Below, one piece after another: positions 62,497 to 64,000 of a stretch of DNA of 64,000 bases; position 1 is the stretch's first letter, and every line of letters begins with the position of its first letter. The notes beneath the pieces were generated by a model. The model worked only from the letters and a program-made list of their open reading frames with translations. It was not told the DNA's origin and did no database searches. The DNA is taken from NCBI GenBank assembly GCA_021605075.1, contig BPLQ01015363.1:771513-835512 (forward strand), read 5' to 3'. Source of the DNA: Caerostris darwini (lineage: Eukaryota). The position numbers were made by a program, and so were the translations under genes.

Positions 62497-63200
62497 TCCT
62501 TCACACAAGTTAATTAATGTTAATTCACTAAAGTAATGTAATTTATGTTAATTCACACAGGTTATGTTATTTCACACAAGTTAATTAATGTTAATTCACT
62601 AAAGTAATGTAATTTATGTTAATTCACACAGGTTATGTTATTTCACACAAGTTAATTAATGTTAATTCACTAAAGTAATGTAATTTATGTTAATTCACGC
62701 AGGTTATGTTATTTCACACAAGTTAATTAATGTTAATTCACTAAAGTAATGTAATTTATGTTAATTCACACAGGTTATGTTATTTCACACAAGTTAATTA
62801 ATGTTAATTCACTAAAGTAATGTAATTTATGTTAATTCACACAGGTTATGTTATTTCACACAAGTTAATTAATGTTAATTCACTAAAGTAATGTAATTTA
62901 TGTTAATTCACGCAGGTTATGTTATTTCACACAAGTTAATTAATGTTAATTCACTAAAGTAATGTAATTTATGTTAATTCACACAGGTTATGTTATTTCA
63001 CACAAGTTAATTAATGTTAATTCACTAAAGTAATGTAATTTATGTTAATTCACACAGGTTATGTTATTTCACACAAGTTAATTAATGTTAATTCACTAAA
63101 GTAATGTAATTTATGGTAATTCACACAGGTTATGTTAATTCACACAAGTAATGTTATTTCACACAAGTAATGTTAATTCACACAAGTTATTCACACAATG
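62497..63200. repeat. Satellite with a 71-bp unit in about 10 copies
   Basis: The unit cacacaagttaattaatgttaattcactaaagtaatgtaatttatgttaattcacacaggttatgttattt begins at 62502, 62573, 62644 and so on, and degenerates by about 63130-63200. Track ORFs 62171..62536 and 62305..62508 overlap it and are rejected. Confidence 0.9.
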
Positions 63201-64000
63201 TTATTCACTCAAGTAACACCGCTTTACCATCGTCACTTTCCCACTACAAATGGTGTTACTCCTACCAGTTTTACGAACATGAAAGTTGAAATACTAATTA
63301 TCTGCATATTCCAGCATCTTATACTTTCATTTAAATTTCATATTTGTCGTTTGCCGTCTTTGTATTGTAGCTTTAATAACCAGTAATGTACTTACATAAG
63401 ATAGGAAGGAATTGTTTTTCTTTAAATGTATTTATAATGTGTTTATTTTTTCAATAAATCATATTGGGTTGCATAAGAACATTCTTAATGTGTTTATTTT
63501 TGTAACTATTAACAATATTAGAGAATTTTAACAAATCAAATAATATAAGAAAAATAATGAACTTCATATTTGTATATTTAAAATAAGAAATCAAAGGAAG
63601 AAAGACAATAAAAAATATATTAATCTTTAATATTTAATTACATTTTTATTACATTTTATATAGAATGTATTAAATAAAAGCAAAATAAAGAATAAAAATT
63701 GCAGATAATGCAAAGTAATCAATTATTTTACATAAATGAGGTTAATTTTATTCAAGTGTTATTATGTATACGTGAAGTATTTTAATATATATAATAGCAT
63801 ACGTAAATATTTAATATCTTATGCAATAATTTTCAACTAATACACACTGAAAGCAGAGTCCAGAATGCATTTAAAAATTGGAATTAAGAAATACATATTG
63901 GTAGATGATAGTGTAAGTTGATTTATTATGTATTAGAAACTGTTGTCATAAACTGTTTTTATTTAAATAATAATTAATTCATAAAACACTTCAAATAATT

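Noticed and set aside
62171-62536. ORF of 121 aa (+) upstream of, and running into, the 71-bp satellite
   Set aside because: It starts at a non-ATG codon in the track, has no recognisable motif, and its 3' third is satellite sequence.
1-64000. CRISPR array, a toxin-antitoxin system or another prokaryotic defence system, as hinted by the task framing
   Set aside because: There are no direct-repeat and spacer arrays with constant repeats of 28-37 bp. All the tandem repeats are AT-rich eukaryotic satellites with degenerate units and no unique spacers. There are no clustered intronless ORFs, and the sequence is eukaryotic.

Overview
Contents of the window: this is AT-rich (roughly 70% A+T), repeat-dense eukaryotic nuclear DNA. 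It has the character of an arthropod or other invertebrate genome, not a prokaryotic locus. There are no long uninterrupted ORFs, and canonical GT/AG introns, microsatellites, satellites, SINEs and Tc1/mariner DNA transposons are present throughout. I see no operon-like organisation, and the sequence does not support a CRISPR array or a prokaryotic defence or secretion system, so I do not claim one.

Features I can support by reading the sequence:
(1) One candidate four-exon protein-coding gene on the + strand. The ATG is at 43766 and the stop at 53582-53584. It would encode a secreted protein of about 325 aa (signal peptide, proline-rich middle, beta-rich C-terminus) that I do not recognise. 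Every exon has canonical splice sites and all introns are phase 0.
(2) A 5S rRNA gene or orphon at about 49696-49814, lying inside intron 3 of that gene. A SINE sits immediately 3' of it, where the oligo-T terminator would be expected.
(3) A tRNA-derived SINE family with nine full or partial copies in the window. Two copies have clear target-site duplications, and one is inserted into a 440-bp satellite.
(4) A Tc1-like DNA transposon at 23807-25017. Its terminal inverted repeats are perfect, and its transposase reading frame is broken by exactly one frameshift and one in-frame stop.
(5) An internally deleted mariner relic at about 2466-3110, flanked by microsatellites.
(6) A foldback or MITE-like element at about 41680-42537.
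(7) A probable Tc1-like MITE remnant at about 61066-61712.
(8) Numerous satellites and minisatellites: 5090-5690, 7636-7860, 8586-8990, 38280-38720, 39292-40200, 45790-46190, 49055-49300, 58170-59690 and 62497-63200.

Most ORFs in the supplied six-frame track fall in microsatellites, satellites or SINEs and are rejected as coding. All coordinates are hand-counted and may be off by a few bases.
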